The position numbers and the translations under genes are program-made. The notes under the pieces are model-generated. The model searched no databases. It was not told the DNA's origin and worked only from the letters and a program-made list of their open reading frames with translations. Positions 1-9,170 of a stretch of 64,000 bases of DNA are shown one piece after another. The stretch spans positions 352,001 through 416,000 of the forward strand of contig OY782391.1 of assembly GCA_963677745.1 (NCBI GenBank). Direction: 5' to 3'. Source of the DNA: Candidatus Altimarinota bacterium (GTDB taxonomy: Bacteria > Patescibacteriota > Gracilibacteria > UBA1369). The stretch's first letter is position 1. Every line of letters starts with the position of its first letter.

Positions 1-1281
1 GGTAATGCGGCGGTGGAGTACGTCAATTTCAGTTGGTTTGGAATCAATCTCTATCTTCAACACCGAGGCCGCCTCATCCATCAGATCAATGGCCTTGTCG
101 GGCAGGAAACGGTCGGTGATATAGCGGCTGGACAGCTCCACTGCCGCCACAATTGCATTGTCGCGAATCCGTACCCCGTGATGAACTTCATACTTTTCCT
201 TGATGCCGCGCAAAATGGAAATGGCATCCTTCAGTGACGGTTCACTGACCATCACCGGCTGGAAACGGCGTTCCAGTGCCGCGTCTTTTTCAATATATTT
301 GCGGTATTCCTTGAGAGTCGTAGCCCCCACGGTACGTAACTTCCCACGGGCCAGCGCCGGCTTGAGCATATTGGAAGCATCGGTACTGCCCTCCTGCGCG
401 CCGGCGCCCACAATCGTATGCAACTCATCAATAAATAAAATAATCTCGCCGTTGGAAGCCTCGATCTCGGAAATAATCGCCTTCAGCCTTTCTTCAAATT
501 GGCCGCGGTATTGCGTTCCGGCCAGCAGATTCCCCATCTCCAGACCCAAAATACGTTTATTTTTCAGGACATCGGGAACATCGGAATTAATGATCTTATT
601 AGCCAGACCTTCCACCACTGCCGTCTTGCCTGTTCCAGGCTCCCCCACCAGCACCGGATTATTTTTGGTACGGCGGGAAAGAATCTGCATCACCCGGCGG
701 ATTTCATCATCACGACCGATCACCGGATCCAGTTTTCCCTTGGAAGCCAGCTCGGTGAAATCAACGGTATATTTTTTCAGCACCTGGTATTTCTCCTCCG
801 GATCTTTGGAAGTGACTCTCTGGGTAGAGCGAAAACCTGCCAGCACTTTGAGCACTTCGTCCTTGCCCATCTGCACCAGCTTGGCTACCTCGGCCACGTC
901 CAGCAAAGCCAGAAAAAGATGCTCGGTGGAGACATATTCGTCATGCAGTTTGGCCGCCTCGCTCTCGGCATTTTCCAAAACCTTCTTTAGTGATTGTTCA
1001 AAATATGTTTGACCGGAGTTTCCCGACGTGCGGCTATTATAGTTATCGCCGCCGCCGGACACCACCGGCATCGAGGAAAACTTTCCCTCGATCGAAGACA
1101 AAATAGCCTCCGGATTTTTCTCGGCTTTTTGCAGGAGCCCCGCCACCACACCCCCTTTTTGCTCAATCAAAACAGACAACAGATGCCAGGGGGTCAGGGT
1201 CTGATGTGACTTTTTGTTGGCCAAATCCAGCATCGCCTGTATGGCTTCCGTGGCTTTGGTAGTGTAATTTTCGAAATTCAT
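1..1281 (-). CDS. clpB: ATP-dependent chaperone ClpB, 5' part (runs off the left edge; missing from the ORF track)
   Basis: Manual minus-strand translation from ATG at 1281 gives [16 protein letters not shown]..., with [22 protein letters not shown] (Walker A), LFIDELH and [42 protein letters not shown]. Confidence 0.96.
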   Translation of the reverse strand, partial: MNFENYTTKATEAIQAMLDLANKKSHQTLTPWHLLSVLIEQKGGVVAGLLQKAEKNPEAILSSIEGKFSSMPVVSGGGDNYNSRTSGNSGQTYFEQSLKKVLENAESEAAKLHDEYVSTEHLFLALLDVAEVAKLVQMGKDEVLKVLAGFRSTQRVTSKDPEEKYQVLKKYTVDFTELASKGKLDPVIGRDDEIRRVMQILSRRTKNNPVLVGEPGTGKTAVVEGLANKIINSDVPDVLKNKRILGLEMGNLLAGTQYRGQFEERLKAIISEIEASNGEIILFIDELHTIVGAGAQEGSTDASNMLKPALARGKLRTVGATTLKEYRKYIEKDAALERRFQPVMVSEPSLKDAISILRGIKEKYEVHHGVRIRDNAIVAAVELSSRYITDRFLPDKAIDLMDEAASVLKIEIDSKPTEIDVLHRRIT

Positions 1282-1322
1282 AAAATTGGGGTTTAAACGC
1301 TTTATTAAGCATTCCAAACCCA

Positions 1323-1351
1323 ATTATAATACCGTTTAGCACTCAAGGCAA
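1323..1351 (-). promoter_or_regulatory. sigma70-type promoter of clpB, overlapped by CIRCE
   Basis: Minus strand TTGCCT-N17-TATAAT. Confidence 0.7.
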
Positions 1352-1362
1352 GTGATTGCTAA
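1336..1362. promoter_or_regulatory. CIRCE element (HrcA operator) upstream of clpB
   Basis: TTAGCACTC-N9-GATTGCTAA, one mismatch from the consensus TTAGCACTC-N9-GAGTGCTAA, about 55 nt upstream of the clpB start. Confidence 0.92.
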
Positions 1363-2666
1363 CGTCTTTTTGCATTCTTTTCCTCAGGCCATTCATCGAT
1401 GGTAACGACCATCTCGGCAGCTCCCGCTGCTTGATCAGTTACTACCGCCGGAACGAGCTTTTCTTCTTGCACCCGTAAGCATCTCTTCTCCAGCTCTGGG
1501 CCGGCAATTCTGATTTTCTTTTTTTCCCGAGCGGCCTTAGGGATTTTTTCCTCATCGGAAGGTACCCGCCCAAACAAATCCCGATTGGCCGAAATCAGCT
1601 GTATGGCTTCAGAAGCTTTCATCTCCAATTCTTTTAGTCGTCCGGCAATCTCCTGCGGATCATTCAATTTCGGCAATCCGACAACCCATTTTTGTACCTC
1701 CAGCATCAATCGAACAAATGACTGAACCTCAGCCGGCACCTCCATCTGTTGATAATGTTTACTGATAGCCTGCCTGGAATCAATGGCTGGAGCAGAAACA
1801 AGCTTTTTTACGGCGTAGCTTGAAGCACCGGCGGAAAACAAAGCCGGTATCAGCACATAGAAATACATTAAAATTTTTGGTCCGATCGGACCTTCCATCT
1901 GCGATAAAAACGTCAGCATATAACTGCACAAAATCACCCCCGGGACAGATATCGGCAGTACTGCGCCCGGTCTCAAATGATCCCAATAACTCATCTGTTT
2001 AAAATGATCCAAACGTCTTTGCACTCTGGAGTTTTCCCCCATCAGCAGCCAGGCAAGTATTCTGACCTGATCCAGTTCACTGGCAGTACCGGTAACACTC
2101 ATTTTTGTAGCAGTTTGAATCAAAGCAATATCCAGCCAAGTTTCATTTTGCTCTCCGACAAATTCGATCAATTCCTGAGCCAGCATCAACGGATTCTCTT
2201 TGTCTTTTTCCCGAAACTTGGCCAGCCTTTGCTCCATCTGGCTGCGCGCACTCTGCCTGTATGACACGGCCTCTCCTGACGGTTCAGGAACAGACCGGGC
2301 AATTTTATCCATTAACTGTTCTGACATTCGATGTTCAAAATCACCATTGCGATGCAAAGAATCATAATCATGGATAGACGCTTGGTCTGGCGGGATAATT
2401 AAAGGTAAAGCATCATATTCCGCTTGAATCTGAACCAGCTGTTCCTCACTCAATAATTTCAATTCCTGAAAGAGTTTAACTCTCAATAAAAGCGAATGCC
2501 ATAAAGCACGTCCATTCCTCCGGTGATCTGTTTCGTCCAGAACCAATTGCTGCAACAACTGTAGGTCTTTGGTCTGATCGGTCAGAGAAGAGCATATTGT
2601 GGCAATCTCAGGTAACAGCGCATCCAATATCTCACTCGAATTTTTGCCAGAGGATAAGGAGTCCAT
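1359..2666 (-). CDS. hypothetical protein, helical, two predicted TM segments
   Basis: 435-aa ORF with hydrophobic stretches AVLPISVPGVILCSYMLTFL and ILMYFYVLIPALFSAGASSYAV; has its own promoter-like element; no family recognised. Confidence 0.75.
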   Translation of the reverse strand: MDSLSSGKNSSEILDALLPEIATICSSLTDQTKDLQLLQQLVLDETDHRRNGRALWHSLLLRVKLFQELKLLSEEQLVQIQAEYDALPLIIPPDQASIHDYDSLHRNGDFEHRMSEQLMDKIARSVPEPSGEAVSYRQSARSQMEQRLAKFREKDKENPLMLAQELIEFVGEQNETWLDIALIQTATKMSVTGTASELDQVRILAWLLMGENSRVQRRLDHFKQMSYWDHLRPGAVLPISVPGVILCSYMLTFLSQMEGPIGPKILMYFYVLIPALFSAGASSYAVKKLVSAPAIDSRQAISKHYQQMEVPAEVQSFVRLMLEVQKWVVGLPKLNDPQEIAGRLKELEMKASEAIQLISANRDLFGRVPSDEEKIPKAAREKKKIRIAGPELEKRCLRVQEEKLVPAVVTDQAAGAAEMVVTIDEWPEEKNAKRR

Positions 2667-2692
2667 ATTCTATCAAAAATACTAAAGACTGC

Positions 2693-2721
2693 ATTTTGCG
2701 ATAATTCTACCATTTTGTCAA
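2693..2721 (-). promoter_or_regulatory. putative sigma70 promoter for 1359..2666
   Basis: Minus strand TTGACA-N17-CAAAAT. Confidence 0.5.
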
Positions 2722-2765
2722 TAGTGACTTCTACCCCTCACCGCATTGCCAGCTCTCACTAACTA

Positions 2766-2793
2766 TTGACTTTTAGACCAAATATTGTAAGAT
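2766..2793 (+). promoter_or_regulatory. putative sigma70 promoter for the methyltransferase-like/helicase pair
   Basis: TTGACT-N16-TAAGAT, about 21 nt before ATG 2815. Confidence 0.5.
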
Positions 2794-2814
2794 ACACCCT
2801 TAATAAATCCCTCT

Positions 2815-4260
2815 ATGACTCCCCGGACCAGCAGATTTGCCTTTACCAAACCCGATGGCACCATGGATAAACCACTGGAAACAGCGGACTTCGAACAAAC
2901 CTTCCGGGAACTGTTGCAAATTTTATCCAACCCGCCCCAAAAAGTTGATAAAAACACTTTTCATTGCTTTGGCGGTACCCGCTGGATCATTAACTTCTCA
3001 TCCTTAAACGCTTACCCCGGTTTCATTGGTTACCTTTGCAATATCCATCTTTCCAATTCCGGAAAACGTGAGGACTCCTATGACGCGAAAACAATTAAAC
3101 CACACCGCTTCCAGCTGATGGCCAGAAAAAATCCTGAAAATCAGTTGAAGTGGATTGGATTGGTCTATCGTGAAGAAACCGGGCAGGAAATCTTTCTTCC
3201 CCGTCCGGTAGGAATGGATCTGGAAGAATTTGCCAAACAGGTCGTCTGCCTTTTGCAGGCGGAGGAAGGTTTTGCAGTCGAAGAAGGCAGCCTGCATTTT
3301 GACCTGGATAAAATAAATCACCTGACCGAGCAAATTCGCGGGCGCGTCGCCGCCAGCTTCACCAGTTATAGCGACAGACAATTCGCCCTGGAATATATTG
3401 GTAATCCAACGGTTATTCCCGAACCGGAACAAAGAACCACTCCTTATTCCGAGCTATTGCCCCAATTCGAGGTTCCTGAACTCCGCGCCCAAACCCGCCG
3501 CCGTGTGCGCGACGTAGCCAGCGAAAACGATTCCTTCGGCAAACAGCAATGGCGCGCCACCCTGGAGAAAAATTTCCGGGAGGCTTTTCCGGAAGGAGCA
3601 AAATCCATTCACCCCATAGAGCGCTCTGTACTGTGCTTTCCCGGAGCCGGAGGCAAAGAAGCCGAATTCTGGAAAAGACAGGGATTCCAAGATGACGAAC
3701 TGGTCCTGATTGAAAAAGATCCCCAGATCGCCACTGATTTGAAACTTAAATACCCGCTGGCCACGATCATCAATCATGAAATGGGCGACCGCTCCCGGAC
3801 CCGACTTTTTGATTTACTACGTAGGCAGATGCCCCTGATGGATTTAATGAAAAATCCCCGTTTTTCAGTGATCAGTCTGGATCCGGAAGGCCGGCTGACC
3901 GAAGATTTCGTCGCCGACATCATGGATATCACCGAACATGCCTCTTCCCCGCTTTTCTTTGCGGCAAACTTTAATCTGAAAAGGGAAAACCATCAGATAG
4001 TAAAATTATACAAAAAAATTGATACAGGAGCCGGACCATATCCCTGCCATCAGTGGCGCACGGATATAATCAGGGCACTGACCGATTATATCTTTGACAG
4101 AAATCTCTCCGAATCACGACGTAAAAGGGACAGCATACTGCACGACCAAAGAATTTGGAATCGTGAAACTACTTGTGATGGAAATTACGAAGGCGACAGC
4201 GATGCCACCCGCATGTATTGGACCATGGCCAAATTAACCAGAAGATATGGAGAATCTTGA
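2815..4260 (+). CDS. hypothetical protein with a C-terminal class I SAM-methyltransferase-like domain
   Basis: Ordered Rossmann-MTase-like motifs: VLCFPGAGG (motif I), LVLIEKDP (acidic end of beta2), FSVISLDPEG (beta4), and a terminal hairpin NYEGDSDATRMYWTM. The N-terminal half is unknown. Confidence 0.65.
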   Translation: MTPRTSRFAFTKPDGTMDKPLETADFEQTFRELLQILSNPPQKVDKNTFHCFGGTRWIINFSSLNAYPGFIGYLCNIHLSNSGKREDSYDAKTIKPHRFQLMARKNPENQLKWIGLVYREETGQEIFLPRPVGMDLEEFAKQVVCLLQAEEGFAVEEGSLHFDLDKINHLTEQIRGRVAASFTSYSDRQFALEYIGNPTVIPEPEQRTTPYSELLPQFEVPELRAQTRRRVRDVASENDSFGKQQWRATLEKNFREAFPEGAKSIHPIERSVLCFPGAGGKEAEFWKRQGFQDDELVLIEKDPQIATDLKLKYPLATIINHEMGDRSRTRLFDLLRRQMPLMDLMKNPRFSVISLDPEGRLTEDFVADIMDITEHASSPLFFAANFNLKRENHQIVKLYKKIDTGAGPYPCHQWRTDIIRALTDYIFDRNLSESRRKRDSILHDQRIWNRETTCDGNYEGDSDATRMYWTMAKLTRRYGES

Positions 4261-7200
4261 CTCACAATCAGCAGCCGCCACAGCGGAAACCAGCGAGATG
4301 TTTTCCACCGTCAAAAAAACTACCGAAAAGGCAGCTCCGCTTGACGCTGCCCTGGAACTGGCCGAAACCCATCCGGATTTTATCGAAACCCTGGCCAACG
4401 GGCCGATCCCGCGTCTGCCGACGCTGGAACCGCGACAATATCAAACTGATTGTCTGGAAAATCTGCGCCAGGCCTATCTGGACGGTGTGATTTCCGCTCT
4501 GGCTGAAATCGGTACCGGAGCAGGAAAAACCGCCATCGCCCTGAATCTGATCGCCGGAATCCCGGGAAAAGTGCTTTGGCTGGCTCCATCAAATGCCGCC
4601 CTCTCCCGCGCCGTGGACGAAACCGAAAATCTGCGACTAAACAAAAAATGCCAGACCCTTAATGGCAAACCGATCGACCCCGACACCGATATCGTGTTCT
4701 CCACTGTGGGGATGCTTAATTACAGCGGGAAATTCGAGCAATTCGATCCGGAAGAATTTTCCCTGATTATTTTTGACGAGGGCCACCATTCCATGGGCAA
4801 AGCCACCCGCAGAATGCTGGAGCATTTCCAGGCCTATCACCTCTACCTCACCGCTACCCCGGAAATGTGCGCCGGACATCTGCACAAATTCGCCCGGCCG
4901 GTTTTCCGTTACAGCTCCGAAGCCTTGATTCATAACGACAACTTCCCTTTCTGGACGCTGCGCCGCTATGAAGTCACCGGTGAAAAACTGAATGAAGCCC
5001 GAGTAATCGGTGATAATTATGCGCTGGCCGCAGAAGAGGAAAATCAGGTTCTGAATATGCCCCACCGCTATGCCATCACCCTGCAGGTCTTACAAAAAAC
5101 CGTTCCAGCCGGTGAAAAAACCATCAGCTTTTTGCCCTCGGTCGCCGCTTCCCGCAAATTTGTGGAGGACATTGTTGCCAAACATCCGGAACTGAAAGGC
5201 AAAGTTGTACATGTGGACGGAAAAATGGACAAGCGCGTTGTCCGGGCCATCGCCAAAGAGTTCCGTTCAGGCCGCATCCTGGCCGTCTGCTGCAATGATC
5301 TGTTCACCGAAAGTCTGGATATTCCGGACATCAAGCACGTAGTTCTGGCCGACCCCTGCTGTTCGCCGCGCGTACTGCTGCAGAGAATCGGGCGCGGTGC
5401 CCGCCCGGCCAAAGGCAAAACCCATCTGACCATCCACGACGTTATTTCCACCGTGGCCAACCTGGAGGATGCCCGCAAAGGCACCGCGCCGCTCACCGTC
5501 GCCGCCGCCCTCAAGGCTCAAACCTACGCTCCCGATATTGTCCTCAACGGCCCCAATAAAGACAAAGTGCTGTTCGAGAAAAGCGGCGGCGACGGCCAAT
5601 CGGTAAGCTTTGTTGATAATACACAGGTGGAAACCGAAGACCTGCCCTTTCATGAAAGAATGATTGACATGACTTTCATGTCCAACCCGGACAGCGCCTT
5701 TGCCCTTTTTAAACTCTTCGCCCGGGAACATTTCCAGACAGCAGTGGAAAACCTCATCCTCTATCCTGACAATTACACTTCCATCAAACCGCAGCCCCGC
5801 GTCCGACTGGCTTATGCCGATCAGCATGAAACCATCATCACCTTCCGCGATGCCGTGACAGCCGTCCGCCTCTATCGCCTGCAGGACAAACTGCTGCAAC
5901 TGATGCAGGAAGATCTGGACACGCTCTGCAGCAGTTTCAATGATAGAGTAAAAGCGGCAAGCAAAACGGAGCAGAAAAAGGCCAAGACTGAATCTGCAGA
6001 AACCCCCAAATCCCAACAGCTGCTGCAAAAGATAATTCGTGAATTAAAAGAACAACCACCCGTACCTGATTATTATCGCGACAGAAGCGAAATCAACAAA
6101 GTTGTCCTGCTGCAAAGCCAACACCTGATGAGTAAAAACCCAAAAACACTTTACGGAATGGGTACCTGGCAGCCTGACCAGGAGCCCCGCAACCAGGCTC
6201 TGCAGGAATATTTTGAAACATCAGACGCTTACCATCATGACAAACAAACCGGCGCGACCGGCAGAACATATCCTTTCCGCGTCAAAAAACACAGCAACGA
6301 ACCGGATGACATCGTCCGCGCAAACGTAGGTAAAATCTTTGAAGAAAGCCAGAAAGTGGATAGCAATAATGAGCTGATCTGTTCGCTGTTGAACGAACCC
6401 GACACCTATTTTCTTTACGTCGCCCAAAAATTTCCCCAGATGTACGTCTGGTTCGAACTGGTCAGCAAAGCTCTGCGCCAGGGTACCTACCAACTATATT
6501 TTTCCCCGAAGGATATCAATCTTGATATGGCCAACTTTCTGCTTTTTGTCGGAATAATAGCTGGAGACTTTGCCTTTGAATCCACATCTTCCTGGCCGGA
6601 ATTCCATATCAGCGAAAGTCATGAACACAACGCCCACAGCAGCTATCTGGTAGTCAGTCTCAATCATCTGCGACCAGGCCAGCCCCCGCTCACCACCAAA
6701 CCTCCCAAATCCCCACTGGAACTGGTTAATGCCGATACTCCTCCGGAAGAGGCACTGCGTCGTATCGCCAATAATACCCAAAAAGAAATCGACCTCCCGG
6801 CCTATCTGGAAAAGATGGAAACCATGTCCGAACAGGTACTGATCCAAAGTAAAAATAGGGCTGGAAATTATGCACCCCGCTCTAACGTTTTCAGACAGCT
6901 GTTCCACAATCCCGATACTTTTCTAAGCCACAGCCCGCAAGCGACAAATATCTGGCGGGGACTGGTCAAATACATGGATGCCTCCAGTCGTCTTTCCACG
7001 GAAGAAAAAAGAAAAAACAATGACTGGAGCACCGGAAAATCTTATGATTTTCGCGTTCAAAAATCCTCCTATGCCTTTGCTCCGGAAGTTGTGACTAGGG
7101 CCGACCAATTTAATAACGAATGCAATAAAATCACCCCCAACCTTAAACTGCAGCGGGAGGTATTCGGAGAACCGGACACCGTTTTTCTGCTCACTCAAAA

Positions 7201-8224
7201 AGATTATCCGCAATTACAGGTCTATTTCAGGATGGTACACGACGCCTTGTCAGAGGGGATCCCTGCTTTATATTTCACACCCGAACAAATCAATTCCGAC
7301 CTTAGCAACTTTCTGCTTTTCATCGGAACTCTATCTGGCGATCATGATTTTGAGGACACGAAAGTCTGGCCGGAATTTTTCATAGAAGATGTCATGACCA
7401 GTGAAGGCCCCTTTCTGACCGTTAACCTGAAACATCTACGCCTGAATACTTCAATACCCAGACAGTCCCGCTCCAGAAAAACCAAAATCGCCAAGGACAC
7501 CCCCAATCTGATTGCACTGGAAAAAGCCGTCACCGACATCAAACCGGTACGCTGGAGCCGTTACCGGGAGAAAATGTCCAAAGTATTTTCAGAAGTCATT
7601 GAAAATAGTCTTCAGTACAAATCCAGATTCGAAACAGTCCAGTCGGAAATGTTTTCTGCTGATTTTCTCACTCCCGGACACACTCCTACTCCAAGAATGG
7701 AAAAAGCCTGGCAGGGTATCAGGGAATATTTTATGACCGCTCAGGTACGCCGCGCAAAAACCCCGCCCAAAGACCGAAAAAAATATCCCTTCCGCGTGGA
7801 AATCAATCATCCCGCTGCCGGCAGGCTGGTACCTTCCCGTGAAATCATCCGGGCGGCTGAAACCCTGAACACTGCATTCAACACACCTCATGACAAAGTT
7901 GACGATGTTAAATGCGTCCATTTACTGGATCAGCCGGATGTCTACTTTGCCTACATGGCCAGCAACTATCCCCAACTGAGTCTGTACTTCAAATTGGTGG
8001 CCGAAGCCTTATCCAAAGATATAAAAGTCCTGACATTTTCAGCAAAACAGATCAACAGCGACCCCGAAAATTTCCTGCTCTTTCTGGGCACCATGTCGGG
8101 CGACTGCCAGTTCATGTTTGAGAATCCGGTATTCCCAGAATTCTGGATTTCGGACGGCCGTCATGGAGAAGGCTCAATCGTTGTCAGTCTCAAGCATCTG
8201 GATCTGCAGATTGCTCAGAAGTAG
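4247..8224 (+). CDS. SF2 DExH helicase (RadD/Irc3/type III Res-like) with three tandem C-terminal repeats
   Basis: Motifs: Q (PRQYQ), I (GTGAGKT), Ia (LAPS), II (DEGHH), III (TAT), V (TESLDIP), VI (QRIGRGAR). Overlaps the upstream gene by 14 nt. Confidence 0.9.
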   Translation: MENLDSQSAAATAETSEMFSTVKKTTEKAAPLDAALELAETHPDFIETLANGPIPRLPTLEPRQYQTDCLENLRQAYLDGVISALAEIGTGAGKTAIALNLIAGIPGKVLWLAPSNAALSRAVDETENLRLNKKCQTLNGKPIDPDTDIVFSTVGMLNYSGKFEQFDPEEFSLIIFDEGHHSMGKATRRMLEHFQAYHLYLTATPEMCAGHLHKFARPVFRYSSEALIHNDNFPFWTLRRYEVTGEKLNEARVIGDNYALAAEEENQVLNMPHRYAITLQVLQKTVPAGEKTISFLPSVAASRKFVEDIVAKHPELKGKVVHVDGKMDKRVVRAIAKEFRSGRILAVCCNDLFTESLDIPDIKHVVLADPCCSPRVLLQRIGRGARPAKGKTHLTIHDVISTVANLEDARKGTAPLTVAAALKAQTYAPDIVLNGPNKDKVLFEKSGGDGQSVSFVDNTQVETEDLPFHERMIDMTFMSNPDSAFALFKLFAREHFQTAVENLILYPDNYTSIKPQPRVRLAYADQHETIITFRDAVTAVRLYRLQDKLLQLMQEDLDTLCSSFNDRVKAASKTEQKKAKTESAETPKSQQLLQKIIRELKEQPPVPDYYRDRSEINKVVLLQSQHLMSKNPKTLYGMGTWQPDQEPRNQALQEYFETSDAYHHDKQTGATGRTYPFRVKKHSNEPDDIVRANVGKIFEESQKVDSNNELICSLLNEPDTYFLYVAQKFPQMYVWFELVSKALRQGTYQLYFSPKDINLDMANFLLFVGIIAGDFAFESTSSWPEFHISESHEHNAHSSYLVVSLNHLRPGQPPLTTKPPKSPLELVNADTPPEEALRRIANNTQKEIDLPAYLEKMETMSEQVLIQSKNRAGNYAPRSNVFRQLFHNPDTFLSHSPQATNIWRGLVKYMDASSRLSTEEKRKNNDWSTGKSYDFRVQKSSYAFAPEVVTRADQFNNECNKITPNLKLQREVFGEPDTVFLLTQKDYPQLQVYFRMVHDALSEGIPALYFTPEQINSDLSNFLLFIGTLSGDHDFEDTKVWPEFFIEDVMTSEGPFLTVNLKHLRLNTSIPRQSRSRKTKIAKDTPNLIALEKAVTDIKPVRWSRYREKMSKVFSEVIENSLQYKSRFETVQSEMFSADFLTPGHTPTPRMEKAWQGIREYFMTAQVRRAKTPPKDRKKYPFRVEINHPAAGRLVPSREIIRAAETLNTAFNTPHDKVDDVKCVHLLDQPDVYFAYMASNYPQLSLYFKLVAEALSKDIKVLTFSAKQINSDPENFLLFLGTMSGDCQFMFENPVFPEFWISDGRHGEGSIVVSLKHLDLQIAQK
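6015..8200 (+). repeat. three tandem protein-level repeats (~250 aa) in the helicase C-terminus
   Basis: Cores YxFRV...(E/Q)PDxxF...(F/Y)PQxxxxF..V..AL......L(Y/T)F....IN.D..NFLLF.G...GD..F.....(W/F)PEF.I.......V.L.HL at 6269-6670, 7043-7438 and 7784-8200. Confidence 0.93.
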
Positions 8225-9029
8225 CCTCCTTTTGACCTTCCTCCTCCTGTTGAGCTGCTTTCTGTTCCAACTCTGCCTTGTAGACCTGCCACATGCTGTT
8301 TGGCTTATTGCGGAATTTCGCGGTCACATGGGCATAAAAAGCGGTAGACTGCATTGTGGTTATACCAAACTGACTGCTCAGCCACTCAGCACAATACTTT
8401 CTGGCAGAATCACAATCCATCCAGTCCTTCGGATCCATTTCTGTACGCTTGGCCAGTTCAATAAACGGATGGAACTTCAACCAAGCCTTGTGTTTCTCAT
8501 CCTTTAGCATTGTCCCGGCCCCTTCACGCAACTCAACATCTAAAGCTAGCGAACGCATTTCACCAAGAATCCCGCTTAAATGATGGATAACCGTCCTAAA
8601 AAGCAGATCAATGGAAGACAGTTCTTCCTCCTTAACTATCTTTCTCTTGCGCCCCTTTTTCAAAGGTTTAGCCGGCGCCGGTCGCAATGCAGCCTCCAGC
8701 CTCTTTCCGGATTCGGTAATGTCCACCATCTCGTCCACCATTTGCTGAATATTAAGTATTTCAGCCAGCTCCGGAGGCAGATTTTGTTTTTCTATCGTAG
8801 CTACCGCCAGGAAATATTTTTCACTCATACCTTCCAGCATGGCCAGCAGACTGTCGCGTTCACTGATGGGCATATTACGGTTGACCAGCATTGAGCGGGT
8901 CTGTTGGCGCATCAACAAAATAGTTTTCAAAACATCGCTCAGATGATGCTGCGGCACTATTTCAGCAGTTTCAACCAGTTCCCTCGATAACCTGGCCTGT
9001 AATTCTTCGCCGTCAATTAAAGTTGTCAT
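8190..9029 (-). CDS. hypothetical protein (helical)
   Basis: 279-aa ORF with upstream TTGACA-N16-TATAGT (9056-9083); 35-nt convergent overlap with the helicase. Confidence 0.7.
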   Translation of the reverse strand: MTTLIDGEELQARLSRELVETAEIVPQHHLSDVLKTILLMRQQTRSMLVNRNMPISERDSLLAMLEGMSEKYFLAVATIEKQNLPPELAEILNIQQMVDEMVDITESGKRLEAALRPAPAKPLKKGRKRKIVKEEELSSIDLLFRTVIHHLSGILGEMRSLALDVELREGAGTMLKDEKHKAWLKFHPFIELAKRTEMDPKDWMDCDSARKYCAEWLSSQFGITTMQSTAFYAHVTAKFRNKPNSMWQVYKAELEQKAAQQEEEGQKEATSEQSADPDA

Positions 9030-9170
9030 AAAATTAAGTAAAATTCGTTGATGTAACTATAATCTAGTCTAAACATTTGTCAACATTTGCCATTCCTGCC
9101 AATTTCTGCCACCATACTCGCGCAAATTGGCGGCGTTATTATAGAAGCCGACCACTGTCACCAATATTAT

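Noticed and set aside
13-1209. Plus-strand ORFs of 74-270 aa
   Set aside because: They are antisense shadows of clpB, which the ORF track missed because it lacks a stop in the window.
6015-8200. Helicase repeats as the known short helicase-associated (HA) domain
   Set aside because: Only a faint W..(I/L)..Y resemblance; the unit length (~250 aa) and conserved motifs do not fit.
2815-8224. Calling the pair a type III restriction-modification system
   Set aside because: The upstream protein has no (D/N)PPY motif and the helicase has no recognisable nuclease domain.
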